In this document: positions 1-10,918 of the stretch, one piece after another | How the letters are laid out: every line of letters starts with the position of its first letter | Position numbering within the stretch: position 1 is the stretch's first letter | Origin: an uncultured Prochlorococcus sp. | Lineage (GTDB): Bacteria > Cyanobacteriota > Cyanobacteriia > PCC-6307 > Cyanobiaceae | Direction of reading: 5' to 3' | Assembly (NCBI GenBank): GCA_902572595.1 | Contig: CACGGL010000001.1 | Location: 1,990-65,989 of the forward strand | Length of the DNA: 64,000 nt | Position numbers and translations under genes: made by a program | Notes under the pieces: generated by a model | Database searches by the model: none | What the model saw: only the letters and a program-made list of their open reading frames with translations | What the model was told of the DNA's origin: nothing

Positions 1-751
1 GATAGCTGCCATAGCCATTCTTGCAATTTCTCTATTATCTAAACCTATTTCCATCAATGTATCTTGATAAGCAATCATAAATTCTTCCATTAATTCTTCT
101 CTGTCCATAGCTAAAACTGATGCGTCATCTGCAACTTCATCTAACATCTTTTTAATTAACGGAAGATTAACCTTATTAGCTTCCATTAATTCCTCTTTAC
201 AGGTAGATAGATTCTCTTTAAGCCACTCTTGACCGTAATTTAAATGAAGATATTCATCTTTAACCACTCCCTCTGTTATTTTTTTTGCAAAAGGATCTGC
301 AACTCTTATGTAAACGTTATAAGCAGAAATTGCAAATGCTTCAATTAAAATAGCTTGAATTAAAAGACATGTTGTTAAATTTCCTTTTTTGAAGAGCAAC
401 TTGAAAATTACCATGTAATTTAGAAAAGAATTTTTTAGCAAATTCCATATCAGCTACTACACCTAAATTTCTTCCACATGCAGTAAAGCCTTTTTTATGT
501 TTCATTTCCATTCTCGCCAATTTAGTTAACTCCTCTAACTCATTTGGAATTAAAGTTGCTATTGAGATGTAATTATCATGAGCCTCCTGCTCACCTTCTA
601 TAACAATTGCATTTATTCTGCTATATGCATCCTTATAAGAATCTGTAGTGAAGTCGGGCAAATCTAAAGAAATCGGATTAATCGACTCTTCAATAGTTTT
701 TTTATTTGATTCTAGAGTTTGCATGTCAGTAATCTTTAGCTCATTATGCAT
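1..751 (-). CDS. ado: Aldehyde deformylating oxygenase (alkane synthesis); apparent +1 frameshift at 385-390; 3' end runs off the window
   Basis: ORF 341..751 has [23 protein letters not shown]. Removing one T from the T6 run at 385-390 continues as [51 protein letters not shown]...[10 protein letters not shown] to base 1, supplying the second di-iron ExxH motif. Alternative start ATG at 724. Confidence 0.93.
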
Positions 752-835
752 GAATATTACATGATTATAGAGAGTTTATTTAAATATCATGAAAATAGTT
801 TCAATTGTTAAGTCACATTTTTTACTTAAACTTAT

Positions 836-1630
836 TTAAGAATTGTTTGGCCAATCTGATTGCATCAGATTCATAATCAATTTGAACCAATGATTAATCA
901 ATAATTCCTTTAAATTTTTCCCTAAAGACTCATTTGCTCCTCTACTATCTCCAATAACACCTGATTTACTGAAGTCCTCAGTAAGCCAAGCAGTAGGCGC
1001 ATTGCCCTCTAGACTCCAACCTTCAGGGATCTTTACTTTATTTCCCTCATTTGGGCGTTCATCACCTACTAATTCTGGTTTCAGAGCTAGCATCAGACTT
1101 GTTTCAGCTAAAGAAGCATGAAGCCCATCCTCAATCTCAGTTTTTGTTAACAATTCACTCAATCCATTCACACCACTCCATAAGAAGCAAGGGAAAACTG
1201 CCATCCCTGGTGCGACACTTCTTAGCTCTCTTGCAGCTGTATTCAATAGTGAAATTTGACCTCCATGTCCATTAATTAATATCAATCTTTTAAAACCCAT
1301 TTCAGATAATTGACCTCCGACTTCCTTGATCATTGAGGTTATTAAATTTGAGGAAAGTGAAATTGTCCCGGCAAAACCCTTATGCTCTGGAGAAAAACCA
1401 ATATATTGGGTTGGAAGTTTTTTTAATGGAATATCGGCAGAGAATAATTTAAAAACTTCGCTAATAATTTCATCAACAAAAATACTGTCTGTAGCAAGAG
1501 GCAAATGCGGTCCATGTTGCTCAACAGCACCGAATGGCCAAATCACTGTTGATCTTTTGTTTTTTGCAACACACTCAATTTCTTGCCAATTTAAATATTC
1601 AAATTTATTAGGTATTGGTTTAAAGTTCAT
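836..1630 (-). CDS. Creatininase / creatinine amidohydrolase family protein
   Basis: GAVEQHGPHLPLATD, GFSPEH, NGHGG and HASLAETS motifs. Confidence 0.88.
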   Translation of the reverse strand: MNFKPIPNKFEYLNWQEIECVAKNKRSTVIWPFGAVEQHGPHLPLATDSIFVDEIISEVFKLFSADIPLKKLPTQYIGFSPEHKGFAGTISLSSNLITSMIKEVGGQLSEMGFKRLILINGHGGQISLLNTAARELRSVAPGMAVFPCFLWSGVNGLSELLTKTEIEDGLHASLAETSLMLALKPELVGDERPNEGNKVKIPEGWSLEGNAPTAWLTEDFSKSGVIGDSRGANESLGKNLKELLINHWFKLIMNLMQSDWPNNS

Positions 1631-1696
1631 TAATTTTAATTTTGAGTACTAACATTTAGAGTATGTTAATAATTAATTATTCTTATTTTACCTACG

Positions 1697-2902
1697 ATGG
1701 GAGTCAGTAATAAAAATGCCCAAGATAATATCCAACCAAAGGGCAATAAAAAACCTCTTCAGGTACTTCACATAAGCAAGAAAGATACTAAAAAAATAGA
1801 TAATGAGCAAACAAATTCTCAAGAAGAAATTAAAAAAGAAGATATCGCAATCAAACCGCAAATTATTAAAAATGATTCAGTAAAAAAAATTAAGGACAAT
1901 AATGAAAACACCAAGGATTTTGATATTTCTCAACAAAATTTAACTCAAACAGACTTAAATAGACCCCTTAATTTTTCTGAACAAAACACAGATTTTCAAT
2001 TAGAAAGAACAGTTGATGAATTTGATTTTGATGAAAGTGCTTTTTTGGAGGCTTTAAATGCAAATGAGCCAATTGGGGCTACAGGAGAAACAATTTCAGG
2101 TAAGGTTATAGCTTTAGAAAGTGATGGACTATATGTTGACATTGGAGGGAAAGCACCTGGTTATATGCCCAAAAAAGAATGTGGTTTGGGTGTCATCACT
2201 AACTTTAAAGAAAAGTTTTCTATAGGCCTTGAGATGGAAGTTTTGGTAATCAAAGAACAAAATGCTGATGGGATGGTAACAGTGAGCGCTCGGGCATTAA
2301 TTCTCAGGCAAAGTTGGGAGAAAGTATCAAGTTCCGCCAAAAATGGAGAATTAATTAACGTTTTAATTAACGGATTTAACAGAGGTGGTCTCACGTGTGA
2401 TGTAGATGGATTAAGGGGATTCATCCCAAGATCCCAACTTGAAGATGGTCAAGATTATCAATCTTTTGTTGGAAAAACTCTAAAAGTAGCGTTTCTTGAG
2501 GTGAATCCAGAATCCAGAAAATTAGTTCTCTCTGAAAAGAAAGCATCATTAGTCTCTAAACTTTCAAGTTTAGAATTAGGTCAATTAATTGAAGGAGAAG
2601 TTTTAGCAGTAAAACCATATGGCTTCTTTATAGATTTAGGGGGAGCTAGTGGACTTCTTCATCAATCATCACTAACAAATGGATCGATTCGTTCTTTAAG
2701 AGAGTTTTTTAGAGAAGGGGAAATGATAAAAGCTTTAATATCTGAAATAGACCTCGAGAAAGGTCGTATTGGTCTCAATACAGCACTCCTAGAAAACTCT
2801 GCGGGAGAATTAATTATTGACAAGCAAAAAGTTATGGAAGAAGCCGCAGAGAGAGCACTGAAAACTAAAGCACTCTTCGATAAAAAAGAACAAGATAAAT
2901 GA
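1697..2902 (+). CDS. rps1b: 30S ribosomal protein S1 homologue B (three S1 domains, long low-complexity N-terminus)
   Basis: Three S1 repeats (GLYVDIGGK, GFNRGGL...GFIPRSQL, VKPYGFFIDLGGASGLLH). Confidence 0.85.
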   Translation: MGVSNKNAQDNIQPKGNKKPLQVLHISKKDTKKIDNEQTNSQEEIKKEDIAIKPQIIKNDSVKKIKDNNENTKDFDISQQNLTQTDLNRPLNFSEQNTDFQLERTVDEFDFDESAFLEALNANEPIGATGETISGKVIALESDGLYVDIGGKAPGYMPKKECGLGVITNFKEKFSIGLEMEVLVIKEQNADGMVTVSARALILRQSWEKVSSSAKNGELINVLINGFNRGGLTCDVDGLRGFIPRSQLEDGQDYQSFVGKTLKVAFLEVNPESRKLVLSEKKASLVSKLSSLELGQLIEGEVLAVKPYGFFIDLGGASGLLHQSSLTNGSIRSLREFFREGEMIKALISEIDLEKGRIGLNTALLENSAGELIIDKQKVMEEAAERALKTKALFDKKEQDK

Positions 2903-3805
2903 ACATTAATAAAAAAATGGAGTCAAGTCTTAAATTAAAAATCTCAGCTTGGGAATTAGACTTTTACTCAAGACCAATTATTGAATCAAATGGAAAAAAA
3001 AGGTGGGAATTAATTATTTGCTCTACAAGAAGTTATAAAACAGAAGATGTTTTTCTTTGGAATAAAAAGTGCCCTGCTAATGAAGTTAATTCATTGTGGC
3101 TTACAAAGGCTCTAAATGAAGCAATAAGTGAAGCAAAAAAACAAGGGTGGGAGAAACCTTCTGTAGTTCGATTCTGGAGGTCGTCAATGAAATCGATCAT
3201 TAAGAAATCTCTGGAGGCCGTAAGTATTGAGGCTATAGTAAGTAGGAGAACTTACAATTTATTAGATAGAATCGAATTTCTTGAAAAAAGAGATTTATCC
3301 AAAGGAAAAAGGTTATGTAAGAGGTGTATTAGCCCCCACTTTTACTTCTAAAATGGAAAACCCTCCTACACCTCTACCAGAAGCAGTAAGGGGTGATGCT
3401 TTAACTATCTCTGAAATATCAATTGGCGAATTAAAATCAGCAGAAAATTGGCCTATGGAATTTGGAGATATTTTCCCAATTCAGCAAGATTTAGATGATA
3501 ATTACTTAGTTCCAGGATTAAGACTTTTTAGCCAAGATAGATCTTTGGCACTTTCTGCATGGTTTAGTTGTTTAGAACCTATTAAATTAGTTGTAAATAA
3601 GAACCAACTCATACTTGAAGCTTCAGAAGATGATAAGTGGCTGGTAACTGATTTACCAGAAAAAGATGCAAACATTTTGAATACAAAGTTTTTAGAGAAT
3701 AAAAAAAATTCTTTTGGTTATCAATTTATTTCAATACAGTCAACGCCGTATATCGAGAAATTTGCAGGATTCTGGATCTTGAGAGATATTGAATTAATTT
3801 CATAA
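2899..3805 (+). CDS. Tab2/Atab2-family RNA-binding protein (DUF1092), split by an apparent +1 frameshift at 3284-3289
   Basis: ORF 2899..3351 (WELDFYSRPI..GKKRWELIIC) and ORF 3281..3805 (PLPEAVRGD..FAGFWIL) join into about 301 aa if one A is removed from GAAAAAAG. Confidence 0.85.
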
Positions 3806-3827
3806 ATTCGGTTTAGGAGCAAGAACT

Positions 3828-4604
3828 ATTCCTTACAAAGAAATATATTTTTCAAAAGATGAACTTTATATCCAAAACAAAAAATTTGAGTATTATTCAT
3901 CACCTATTCTTAGTCAAAATAATTTCAAACATGCATACTTCACGAAGTCTTGCTCTGAGAAATTTCTTCAATTATTAGGGAATTACTTTAATGAAAATTC
4001 CATAAATTGTGTTACCAATCAAATTCACAGTAATGTGATAGTACTTGGATCTGATTCGCAAGAAGGAGCTAAGACTGATGCAGATGGTCTTTTTGGCAAT
4101 AAATGCAGTCAAAACTTATGGGTTTACACAGCTGATTGTATGCCAATATTTTTTGCAGATAAAAGGACAAGAAATGTAGCAATCTTGCATTGTGGAAGAA
4201 AAGGTTTAGAAAAAAAAATAATAAAAAATATGGTAAATATTTTCGATACTTTTGGGACATATAGAGATGACTTACTTGTTGCAATAGGACCAGCGATTTC
4301 TAAGAAACATTATCTAGTTGATAAAATGACACTCAAAAAATTTTATAGAAAGGCCGAAAACAAAAACATAACATTGACTAAAACTAAAAAAGATCTTTGC
4401 TTTAGTAATTCAAATCACTTCACAGAGCAAAACTTAAATCAACTTGATCTAAAAAGATCTGCCTACAGACAACTTTTAAATGAGAACATCCTTAATACAA
4501 ATATCGACATCTCAAATTTATGCACATACAAATTCAATAATGAATTTTATTCCTGGAGAAGGAGCAAAACAATCTCGAGACAATGGAATCTTATTTGCTC
4601 ATAA
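3828..4604 (+). CDS. pgeF: YfiH/PgeF (polyphenol-oxidase-like / purine nucleoside phosphorylase) family protein; probable ATT start at 3828
   Basis: Frame open from 3798 to 4604. Motifs HAYFTK, NQIHS, TADCMPI, HCGRKG, IGPAIS, CT..FYSWRR. AGGAG at 3815-3819. The ORF track starts it late, at GTG 4035. Confidence 0.82.
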   Translation: MPYKEIYFSKDELYIQNKKFEYYSSPILSQNNFKHAYFTKSCSEKFLQLLGNYFNENSINCVTNQIHSNVIVLGSDSQEGAKTDADGLFGNKCSQNLWVYTADCMPIFFADKRTRNVAILHCGRKGLEKKIIKNMVNIFDTFGTYRDDLLVAIGPAISKKHYLVDKMTLKKFYRKAENKNITLTKTKKDLCFSNSNHFTEQNLNQLDLKRSAYRQLLNENILNTNIDISNLCTYKFNNEFYSWRRSKTISRQWNLICS

Positions 4605-4610
4605 AGATAA

Positions 4611-4961
4611 TTAACTTGGACAAATTTCACTACTCAAGTTTTTAGAGACCAATAATTCCGTCATCTCCTTAGTACCTTTAATATTAAAAACTTTGGCTAA
4701 CAAAACATTCTCTTTGAAACCAAAAGGCTTTATTTTCACTTTACTCCCCCTTGGGAATTCACTCTTAAGTAGAGTAGTTGCTTCAAGCTCATCATTTTCA
4801 TTTACATCTACACAAAATAATCCAATAGTTAAATTTCTATTTTGATCCCCCACCAAAATAGTATTTGAACTTTTAATTTGAAGAATTTCAGCCGAGTTAA
4901 CTATTACAGGATTAAGAACAATCAAGCAGATTATAATTAAAAGTTTTGATAATTTTTTCAA
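4611..4961 (-). CDS. Exported small protein, thermonuclease (SNase)-like fold, probably degenerate
   Basis: Signal peptide MKKLSKLLIIICLIVL..VNS-A, followed by an SNase-like layout (EILQIKSSNTILVGD..IGLFCVD..LLAKVF..MTELLVSKNL). Confidence 0.55.
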   Translation of the reverse strand: MKKLSKLLIIICLIVLNPVIVNSAEILQIKSSNTILVGDQNRNLTIGLFCVDVNENDELEATTLLKSEFPRGSKVKIKPFGFKENVLLAKVFNIKGTKEMTELLVSKNLSSEICPS

Positions 4962-5028
4962 TTCAGAAATATCTAAGATGTTGAATTATATTAAAGTTAA
5001 TTTTTTGAAAAAGAAGAATTTAAAAAAA

Positions 5029-6792
5029 TTAGTCTTCACAATTAACATATCCAACCATTTGAGCATTACTTTTACCAGGAGGAACCATTGGATAACAATT
5101 TTCACCTCTTCTGACAAGAATATTAATTAAGGCAGGTCCATCATGATCAAGCGCACTTTTTAATTCATTCTGTAATTGTTTTCTATCAGAAATTAAGTAT
5201 CCTTTAACTCCAAAAGACTCAGCAAGTTTTACAAAATCAGGTTCACCACAACTCATATCAGATGAGGAATATCTTTCATCATAGAAACTTTCCTGCCATT
5301 GTCTTACCATCCCTTGCCAGCGATTATTTATAATAATTAATTTCACATTTAAACCATATTGAGATAAAGTTCCTAATTCTTGAATATTCATTAAGACACT
5401 TGCATCTCCTGCAATACAAATTACATCTGAATTAGGTAAGGCTGCTTTTACTCCAATTGCCGCTGGCAATCCAAAACCCATAGTTCCTAAACCTGCACTA
5501 CTAATCCATTTTCTTGGAGAATTCCTAAGATATTGAGCAGCCCACATCTGATGTTGTCCTACATCTGTAGTTATATAAGCTTCTGGTGAAAGATCCCTCA
5601 CTTTTAAAAGAACCTCCTGAGGATAAATTTCTCCTTGTTTAGGCGGGACATATAAAGGATGTTTATTTTTCCAAAAATCAATTTTTTCTAACCAGTTTTT
5701 TGTCTGACAAGTAAGTGTATTTTTTGAAGATTGTTCATTAATTTTGAGCAAAGCTTTTGAAACATCAGAAACAATTGCAACATCTACACGTCTATTTTTA
5801 TTAACTTCTGCTGGGTCGATATCTATATGAACTACCTTTGCATTAGGCGCAAAAGTATCTAATTTTCCTGTCACCCTATCATCGAATCTAGCTCCAATAG
5901 CAATTAAAAGATCGCATTCCGTAACAGCGAAATTTGCGTAAGCAGTTCCATGCATTCCTAACATCCCTACAGATAAATTATCTTTCTCATCAAAAGCTCC
6001 CTTCCCCATTAAAGTTGTGGTAACTGGAATTTGATAATTCTTTGCCAAAGTTTTTATTTCATCATGAGCCCCTGAAGATATTGCCCCGCCTCCTACGTAT
6101 AGAAGAGGTCTTTCAGAATCTTCTATTAATTTAATTGCTCTATTGATATCAGAATCATTAATTTCTCCATTCCTTTTAAATCCTTTAGGAATAATCTCAC
6201 CAGGCAAAACTCTTTGGTAATTAAAAAACTCCTGACCTACATCTTTGGGTATGTCAATTAAAACAGGGCCAGGTCTTCCAGATGAGGCTATAAAAAAGGC
6301 TTCAGAAACTACTTTCGCGATATCTGAAGGATCTCTTATTACCCATGAATGTTTCACTATTGGAAGAGTTATCCCAAAAATATCAGTTTCTTGAAAAGCG
6401 TCTGTCCCTATAGCAGGTCTTGGGACTTGACCTGTAACTACCACTAGGGGGACTGAATCCATTTGCGCAGTGGCAATTCCAGTTACCAAATTTGTTGCCC
6501 CTGGGCCTGAGGTTCCAAAACACACTCCTACTTCACCAGTAGATCTTGCATATCCATCAGCAGCATGTGAGCCACCTTGCTCATGTCTAACCATATAATG
6601 CTTTAACCAACCTTCTTGTTCTGCCTTATGAACAGCGTCATATATTGGTAGTATGGCTCCCCCGGGATATCCAAATATTACTTTTACTCCATGAATTTTT
6701 AAAGAATCCATTAGTGCATCTGCACCAGTCATCCAAACTGGATTTTCATGTTTTGAACTACCCTTTGAAAAGGATCTCGAAGTAAGAGTCAC
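5029..6792 (-). CDS. ilvB: Acetolactate synthase large subunit
   Basis: [29 protein letters not shown] and the ThDP motif GDAS..NN. Confidence 0.97.
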   Translation of the reverse strand: MTLTSRSFSKGSSKHENPVWMTGADALMDSLKIHGVKVIFGYPGGAILPIYDAVHKAEQEGWLKHYMVRHEQGGSHAADGYARSTGEVGVCFGTSGPGATNLVTGIATAQMDSVPLVVVTGQVPRPAIGTDAFQETDIFGITLPIVKHSWVIRDPSDIAKVVSEAFFIASSGRPGPVLIDIPKDVGQEFFNYQRVLPGEIIPKGFKRNGEINDSDINRAIKLIEDSERPLLYVGGGAISSGAHDEIKTLAKNYQIPVTTTLMGKGAFDEKDNLSVGMLGMHGTAYANFAVTECDLLIAIGARFDDRVTGKLDTFAPNAKVVHIDIDPAEVNKNRRVDVAIVSDVSKALLKINEQSSKNTLTCQTKNWLEKIDFWKNKHPLYVPPKQGEIYPQEVLLKVRDLSPEAYITTDVGQHQMWAAQYLRNSPRKWISSAGLGTMGFGLPAAIGVKAALPNSDVICIAGDASVLMNIQELGTLSQYGLNVKLIIINNRWQGMVRQWQESFYDERYSSSDMSCGEPDFVKLAESFGVKGYLISDRKQLQNELKSALDHDGPALINILVRRGENCYPMVPPGKSNAQMVGYVNCED

Positions 6793-6927
6793 TAAAGAAA
6801 TTCAATATTTACTATAAATATTAAACTTAATTAAATACTTTTGCCTCATTTAGAAATGTAATGTCAGAAATGTATTCAGAATAATCTTTTAATAAATTAA
6901 AATTATCAAATAAATTTCAATTTTTCT

Positions 6928-8103
6928 TTATAAAATACCTAATTTATGTAAAGGTCCAGAGCCTGAAATAAGTTCAATAAAAAGCACAAGAAAAATAATC
7001 ATCGCAACCCTTCCGTTCCACACTTCAGAACTATTATTCCAACCCCATTGCCACTTCTCTTGAGGATAAAGTTTAACTTTTTCAGGCAACTGTGACGCCT
7101 CTTCTATATTAACAAGAGGTCCTTCCAAACAAGAAATCACTAAATCACTAAGGCCTTCAATAAAAGTAGGATGAGTATTTAAAGCCTTTACTCTCCGAAA
7201 GTTTTTGATACCAGCCTTTTCAGCAATTTCTTTATATTCAATATCAATTTCTTGCAATGTTTCGATATGCTCTCCAACGAAACTTATAGGGACCACAATC
7301 AGATCATTAACATTTGACCTTCCAAGATCAGCTAACACTTCTTCTGTATAAGGCTTCAACCATTCCACAGGACCAACTCTACTTTGATAAGAAAGTGTAT
7401 GAGGGTTACTATGCCCTAAACATTTTTCCAGCTCATCTATAATTAATAAGGAACAATCTTCAATTTGTTGTTTGTAAGGGTCTCCAGCTTCCTCTACGTA
7501 ACTCTTAGGAACTCCATGAGCAGTGAAAAATATATGGGCTTTTGAAGGTGATTCACAAAGTGAAATTTGTTCAGAAATTAATTCAACCATAGACTTTAAA
7601 TAACCTGATTGACTGAACCAACTCCTTACACATCTCATTGGAACCTTCTTAAATTCATCATCAGAATCTCGCAATTTTTTTAATTCCCTAAAGCTCGAAC
7701 CACTAGTACTTATAGAAAAATGTGGATACAAGGGTATTACAACAACTTGATCTATGCCATCTGCTTTCATATCAGCAATTGCTGATTCGGTAAAAGGATG
7801 CCAATACCTCATAGCGATGTAGGTAGTAGCATTGAATCCCTTGTTCCTTAATTTAGATTGTAATTCTCTTGCTTGTTGTTCAGTTATCCTTCTGATAGGT
7901 GAACCTCCGCCTATAGAAAGATAAGCCTGTTGTGAAGTAGTACTCCTAAGCGTGCTAATTAACCAAGCTAGGGGCTTTTGAAATACAGGGAAAGGAGTTC
8001 TGATAATTTCTGGATCAGAAAAAAGATTGTATAAGAATGGACCAACATCAGTAATGCGTTCAGGCCCTCCTAAATTCATTAGTAAGACGCCTATTTTATC
8101 CAT
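6928..8103 (-). CDS. hemH: Ferrochelatase with C-terminal CAB/HLIP-like helix
   Basis: [43 protein letters not shown]; C-terminal EVWNGRVAM. Confidence 0.97.
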   Translation of the reverse strand: MDKIGVLLMNLGGPERITDVGPFLYNLFSDPEIIRTPFPVFQKPLAWLISTLRSTTSQQAYLSIGGGSPIRRITEQQARELQSKLRNKGFNATTYIAMRYWHPFTESAIADMKADGIDQVVVIPLYPHFSISTSGSSFRELKKLRDSDDEFKKVPMRCVRSWFSQSGYLKSMVELISEQISLCESPSKAHIFFTAHGVPKSYVEEAGDPYKQQIEDCSLLIIDELEKCLGHSNPHTLSYQSRVGPVEWLKPYTEEVLADLGRSNVNDLIVVPISFVGEHIETLQEIDIEYKEIAEKAGIKNFRRVKALNTHPTFIEGLSDLVISCLEGPLVNIEEASQLPEKVKLYPQEKWQWGWNNSSEVWNGRVAMIIFLVLFIELISGSGPLHKLGIL

Positions 8104-8168
8104 TTAAAATTTATGAAGATTGAAAATCAACATTAAAAACGTCATTATATGGTCAATTATATAAGTAA

Positions 8169-9339
8169 ATGAACGTAATTCAGGAAATTAATAATGTCAA
8201 TGATAAATTTGCTACTCAAGGCAGCAAGCTCAAAATTGAGAAAAGAGGAGAGAAATTAAATATTCGTGGTTCACTGCCCTCAAAAGAAGATAACAATAAC
8301 TTTAAAATTCAAAGAATATCTCTTGGTTTAAAGGCTGATATTTCTGGATTAGAGGAGGCCAAAAAAAAAATTACAATTAATCAACTTGCAATTGGAATTG
8401 AATCAATTTGATTGGATTAATTGGATAGGCAAGCCTTATAAAAAGGAAATAAAAGATGGGTTTGAATTTCCAAAAAGATTAAATCAATTTGAGGAATTTT
8501 TTTTTAAAGAAAATAAAAGTGATTTTCGAACCAGCACTAGAAAAACTACTTGGAGAAGTTCTTACAAACCATATATGAAAAGAATCCTAAATATTTACAA
8601 TGACTATGAGAATGAAGCTTTAGAAAAAATATTTCAAAAAACACTTGAAAGTTATAAGGAAGGTACCAGAAGCAGGAAACAATGCGCTACTTCTTTAGGT
8701 GTTTTGGCTAAGTTTTTGGACATTAAACTACCAGAAGATTGGAAATTAAATTCTAGAGGATATGGTCTGAACAAAGCAGGATTTAGGGACTTGCCTAAAG
8801 ACGAATTAATAGAGCAACTGTGGGAGACGATACCAAACAAGTCTTGGAAATTTGTTTTTGGTCTGATGGCTACATATGGATTAAGGAATCATGAAGTATT
8901 TTTTTGTGATTTAAGTTCACTTACTAATTTTGGGGACAAAATTATTAGAGTTCTACCTACGACTAAAACTGGGGAGCATCAAGTTTGACCATTTCATCCT
9001 GAATGGGTGGAAAAGTTCGAATTATCAAAACTTGGTGAAAATCCAGAACTTCTACCAAATATTAATAGAGACCTTAAAATTACAACCTTACAGAATATTG
9101 GAAAAAAAATTACAGACCAGTTTAAGCGTTACTCTTTACGAATAAAACCTTACGATCTTAGGCATGCTTGGGCTGTTAGAACAATTTTTTATGATTTACC
9201 TGATACTGTGGCTGCCAGAATGATGGGTCATTCGGTTAGTTTACACACTCAAACTTATCACCACTGGATTACAAAAAGAGATCAACAACAGGCAGTAAAT
9301 AATGCACTTTTAAAAGTTAAAAGAGTTAAAAATATTTAA
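8169..9339 (+). pseudogene. Tyrosine recombinase (phage integrase family, XisA/XisC-like), interrupted by a +1 frameshift (A10 at 8361-8370) and an in-frame TGA (8986-8988)
   Basis: Three ORF pieces join into about 389 aa. Catalytic set present: YGLRNHE (R), TKTG (K), YDLRH, MMGHS, HTQTY (Y). Confidence 0.8.
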
Positions 9340-9373
9340 AGATTTATAATAATTAAATAAAAATAAGCGTGAT

Positions 9374-10066
9374 ATGCAAAAAAAACCTTCATCTTCCGAG
9401 AAAATATTTAACCTCGATAATCAAGCAAATAAACTTGGAATGGGAGGTAAATTATCACCGGATAGCGATGAGAGCTCATATAAAAAAAGAATGCAGCAAA
9501 GAAAAGATATTCAAGCCGAAAGACTACAAATTAGAAAAACAAAAAAAGGATTATTGATTGTTTTTACAGGAAATGGTAAGGGCAAGACAACTGCATCTTT
9601 AGGTATGGCTTTAAGGACGATAGGGCATGGCTATAAAGTTGCAATAATTCAATTTATCAAAGGGGGCTGGACCACTGGTGAAGAAAAAGCATTAAAAAAC
9701 TTGTCTTCAAACATATCTTGGCATTCATTAGGAGAGGGATTTACTTGGGAAACACAAGACAGAATAAGAGATGAAAAATTAGTTCAAGATGCGTGGCAAC
9801 TAGCCAAAACATACATACAAAACGAATCTTATAAACTTATCATTCTTGATGAAATTAATATTGCGACAAAACTTGGTTATCTAGCACCCGAAGAAATAAT
9901 CACTTTTTTAAAAAGCCTAAATAATAGAAAAAATCATATTGTTTTAACCGGGAGGGGAGCATCTGATTCAATTATCAATTACGCAGATCTAGTTACAGAA
10001 ATGAAACTAATAAGACATCCATTTAAAGAACAAGGAATAAAAGCACAAAAGTGTGTTGAATTTTAG
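9374..10066 (+). CDS. cobO: Cob(I)alamin adenosyltransferase
   Basis: TGNGKGKTTA P-loop, QFIKG, GEGFTWETQ, ILDE, LTGR, HPF. Confidence 0.95.
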   Translation: MQKKPSSSEKIFNLDNQANKLGMGGKLSPDSDESSYKKRMQQRKDIQAERLQIRKTKKGLLIVFTGNGKGKTTASLGMALRTIGHGYKVAIIQFIKGGWTTGEEKALKNLSSNISWHSLGEGFTWETQDRIRDEKLVQDAWQLAKTYIQNESYKLIILDEINIATKLGYLAPEEIITFLKSLNNRKNHIVLTGRGASDSIINYADLVTEMKLIRHPFKEQGIKAQKCVEF

Positions 10067-10193
10067 TTGAAGTAAATTATTATTTAAATTTTCATTAGGC
10101 AGGTTTAGAAATGTTTAAAGACGCAAGCAATATCTGAACAAAAAATAAATTTGGTGCATTTACTTGCTAAGGTCTTAAAAGTACAATTATTGA

Positions 10194-10898
10194 ATGACTT
10201 ACAAAAGAGTTCTCTTAAAACTTAGTGGTGAAGCGCTAATGGGTGAAAAACCTTATGGTATTGATCCTGCTATAGTTCAGTCGATTGCAGAGGATGTTTC
10301 AAAAGTAGTCGAAAAAAATGTTCAACTTGCAATAGTTGTTGGGGGTGGGAATATTTTTAGGGGGCTTAAAGGGTCTGCAGATGGAATGGATAGAGCGACG
10401 GCTGATTATGTTGGAATGCTCGCAACAGTAATGAATGCTATTTCACTTCAAGATGGTTTAGAAAGAGTAGGAGTTGAAACCAGAGTTCAAACAGCGATAG
10501 AAATGCAGGAAATTGCAGAACCCTATATCAGAAGAAGAGCTATGAGACACCTTGAGAAAGGTAGAGTTGTAGTCTTCGGAGGTGGATGTGGAAATCCATT
10601 TTTCACAACTGACACTACAGCAGCTCTGAGAGCAGCGGAGATAAATGCTGAAGTTGTTATGAAGGCGACCAAAGTTGATGGAGTATATAATTGTGATCCT
10701 AATAAATTTAAAGATGCAAAAAAATATTCCTCTCTTAATTATCAGCAAGTTCTTAGCGATGAAATCGCAGTAATGGATAGTACTGCAATTGCACTATGCA
10801 AAGATAACAATATCCCTATCATGGTATTTGATATATTCAAAAAAGGGAACATTTCTAAAGCTGTTGCTGGAGATCCTATAGGTTCATTAATTAGTTAA
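10194..10898 (+). CDS. pyrH: UMP kinase
   Basis: [28 protein letters not shown]. Confidence 0.97.
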   Translation: MTYKRVLLKLSGEALMGEKPYGIDPAIVQSIAEDVSKVVEKNVQLAIVVGGGNIFRGLKGSADGMDRATADYVGMLATVMNAISLQDGLERVGVETRVQTAIEMQEIAEPYIRRRAMRHLEKGRVVVFGGGCGNPFFTTDTTAALRAAEINAEVVMKATKVDGVYNCDPNKFKDAKKYSSLNYQQVLSDEIAVMDSTAIALCKDNNIPIMVFDIFKKGNISKAVAGDPIGSLIS

Positions 10899-10918
10899 AG
10901 CTTATTAAAATCTTTATT

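Noticed and set aside
385-3289. Programmed ribosomal frameshifting in ado and tab2
   Set aside because: Both need +1 shifts in short A-runs, I saw no stimulatory structure, and I know of no recoding in these families; homopolymer error is simpler
6852-6874. Direct repeat AGAAATGTA x2 upstream of ilvB as a regulator site
   Set aside because: Only two short AT-rich copies, expected by chance at this GC, with no match to a motif I can name
8986-8988. TGA recoded as Trp or Sec (alternative genetic code)
   Set aside because: TGA ends many intact genes here (frr, proS, psb27, psaJ), other Trp residues use TGG, and the tRNA-Trp anticodon is CCA
8104-9373. Prophage or genomic island around the integrase
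   Set aside because: Flanked directly by hemH and cobO; no cargo, tRNA, direct repeats or visible composition shift
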